A stretch of 64,000 nt of DNA from Macrostomum hystrix (lineage: Eukaryota > Animalia > Platyhelminthes), in assembly GCA_950097015.1 (NCBI GenBank), contig CATNEN010000038.1, positions 8,494,001 to 8,558,000 on the forward strand, given 5' to 3'. Positions 62,584-64,000 of the stretch are shown here, in pieces; within the stretch, counting starts at the first letter, position 1, and every line of letters begins with the position of its first letter. Both the position numbers and the translations under genes were made by a program. The notes beneath the pieces were generated by a model. It searched no databases. It had not been told where the DNA came from and worked only from the letters and a program-made list of their open reading frames with translations.

Positions 62584-63708
62584 TTCGGAAAGTACTTTTT
62601 CTTCCAAGAAACACATCTAACAAACTGCTCATCTCGCGGTTGTATTATTTACCTTGTCTCGCTCATTCCAGCTTGGAGTCGAACAAATTTTGTTTAACTG
62701 CTCAATCTCCTGAAGCTATTTGTCATAACAGCGTCCAGTTCTGTGATTCTTAATATTCTATTTTAACTAATAGAAAATTGTGATTTTGCTACTACAATTA
62801 GTAGTAGGCGGACGCGCTCTACCGCTCTCGCACTGGATTATCCAGGGCACCCGGCCAATCGGGATAAAGCCACCCACCCATCCCTCGCAAGGACCAATCC
62901 AGAGCGAGGGCTCTAGTGGGGACCGCATTCCTACTATTATTATCAGAAATACTCGTATAAAGCACTATTACTATTTTATTATTAGTAAAAAAGTTATTAA
63001 CCTTATTCTGTTACTAATAGTATGCAGAGTGTTTTGACTGCCAATAAATTTTCCGCTTTTAATTTTAAATTTCTTGAATTACTGAATTAATTGCGCGGTG
63101 CGATATTTTAGTAAATGTTAAGGCCAATTATGAGACCAATGTAACTCATATAGCATGTAATTAGACTTCCATGCGACAAATCTGCTGTGTAGATTCGATT
63201 GCCTAGGTGCAGTCCAGGCAAATGCTGATAAAAGTGGTGCGTAGAGCTCATTCATACTTTTTATCTATCACGCTTCAGTGTAAATTGATGCGATTCTTAA
63301 TTAATAAACACTCTTTTACCTTTTTTGCTGCACAAACAGGTTTATTAACATTTAACGGTTGAGCAGGACCATTTTCTGCTAAGTTTGACAAATAACTTCC
63401 AATATCTTTACGCAGATTTTTTGCTTATTTTATAGAGAGAAAAAAGATTTCTTCCTAACAAAGAATCAATTTGTGTTAATTTTTTAGTTAAATAAATGGT
63501 CGCACTATGATTAAAATATCGAAGCCACTTCTACATTTATTAAACGGAACAGCCAATCGATTGTTCTATAGTTGAGTATGTCAAAGCGTAAAAAATACAA
63601 CTATGCAGTAATTTCTTGCCTACTTGCTATTGCATTGTAAATGTACATTGAATTTGCAGGCCGAGTACATTACCTGCAGTTAAAGATGTCAACCTCACTC
63701 CAGAGCCA

Positions 63709-64000
63709 CGCACCTCCGCCACTTCTATCCAGCAACCCACCTCCGCCACTTCTATGCAGCCACCCATCTCTGCCACTTCTATCCAGCCACCCACCTCCGC
63801 CACTTCTATCCAGCCACCCACCTCCGCCACTTCTATGCAGCCACCCATCTCTGCCACTTCTATCCAGCCACCCACCTCCGCCTCTTCTATGCAGCCACCC
63901 ACCTCCGCCACTTCTATCCAGCCACCCACCTCCGCCACTTCTATCCAGCCACCCACCTCCGCCTCTTCTATGCAGCCACCCACCTCCGCCACTTCTATCC
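63709..64000. repeat. 27-bp minisatellite (CACCCACCTCCGCCACTTCTATCCAGC), truncated by the window end
   Basis: Period of 27 bp. Confidence 0.95.

Overview
Eukaryotic (metazoan) genomic DNA. GC-rich, Gln-rich exons with GT-AG introns sit among AT-rich spacers and a very high density of minisatellites. This style fits a free-living flatworm such as Macrostomum; that is my inference, not a database match. Six host genes can be reconstructed. (1) A divergent intronless 7TM GPCR (-). (2) Dymeclin (-, 3 coding exons). (3) A 4-exon type I membrane glycoprotein (+). (4) A secreted, probably GPI-anchored Ly6/uPAR-mucin gene (+). (5) A gamma-syntrophin (-, 3 exons). (6) A TOM1-family VHS-GAT adaptor (+, 3 exons). 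In the Ly6 gene the intron-exon-intron-exon module is triplicated almost base-for-base, and all junctions stay in frame. The predicted product is a ~1794-aa protein: signal peptide-(LU domain + mucin stalk)x3-hydrophobic tail. Mobile DNA includes an inactivated IS630/Tc1 (Gambol-like, DD33E) element with ~160-bp TIRs, a 5'-truncated Gypsy element (RNaseH-integrase, PPT, 220-bp 3' LTR) inside a 30-bp satellite, piggyBac and P-element/THAP9 transposase remnants, and tRNA-derived SINEs. One SINE carries a CORE-like domain; another family has a partial HDV-ribozyme-like motif. A 14.3-kb 42-bp minisatellite shows a 3524-bp higher-order period, and a ~2.2-kb foldback-like inverted repeat is built from a 21-bp pyrimidine/purine satellite. 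Most long ORFs in the supplied track are translations of tandem repeats, not genes.
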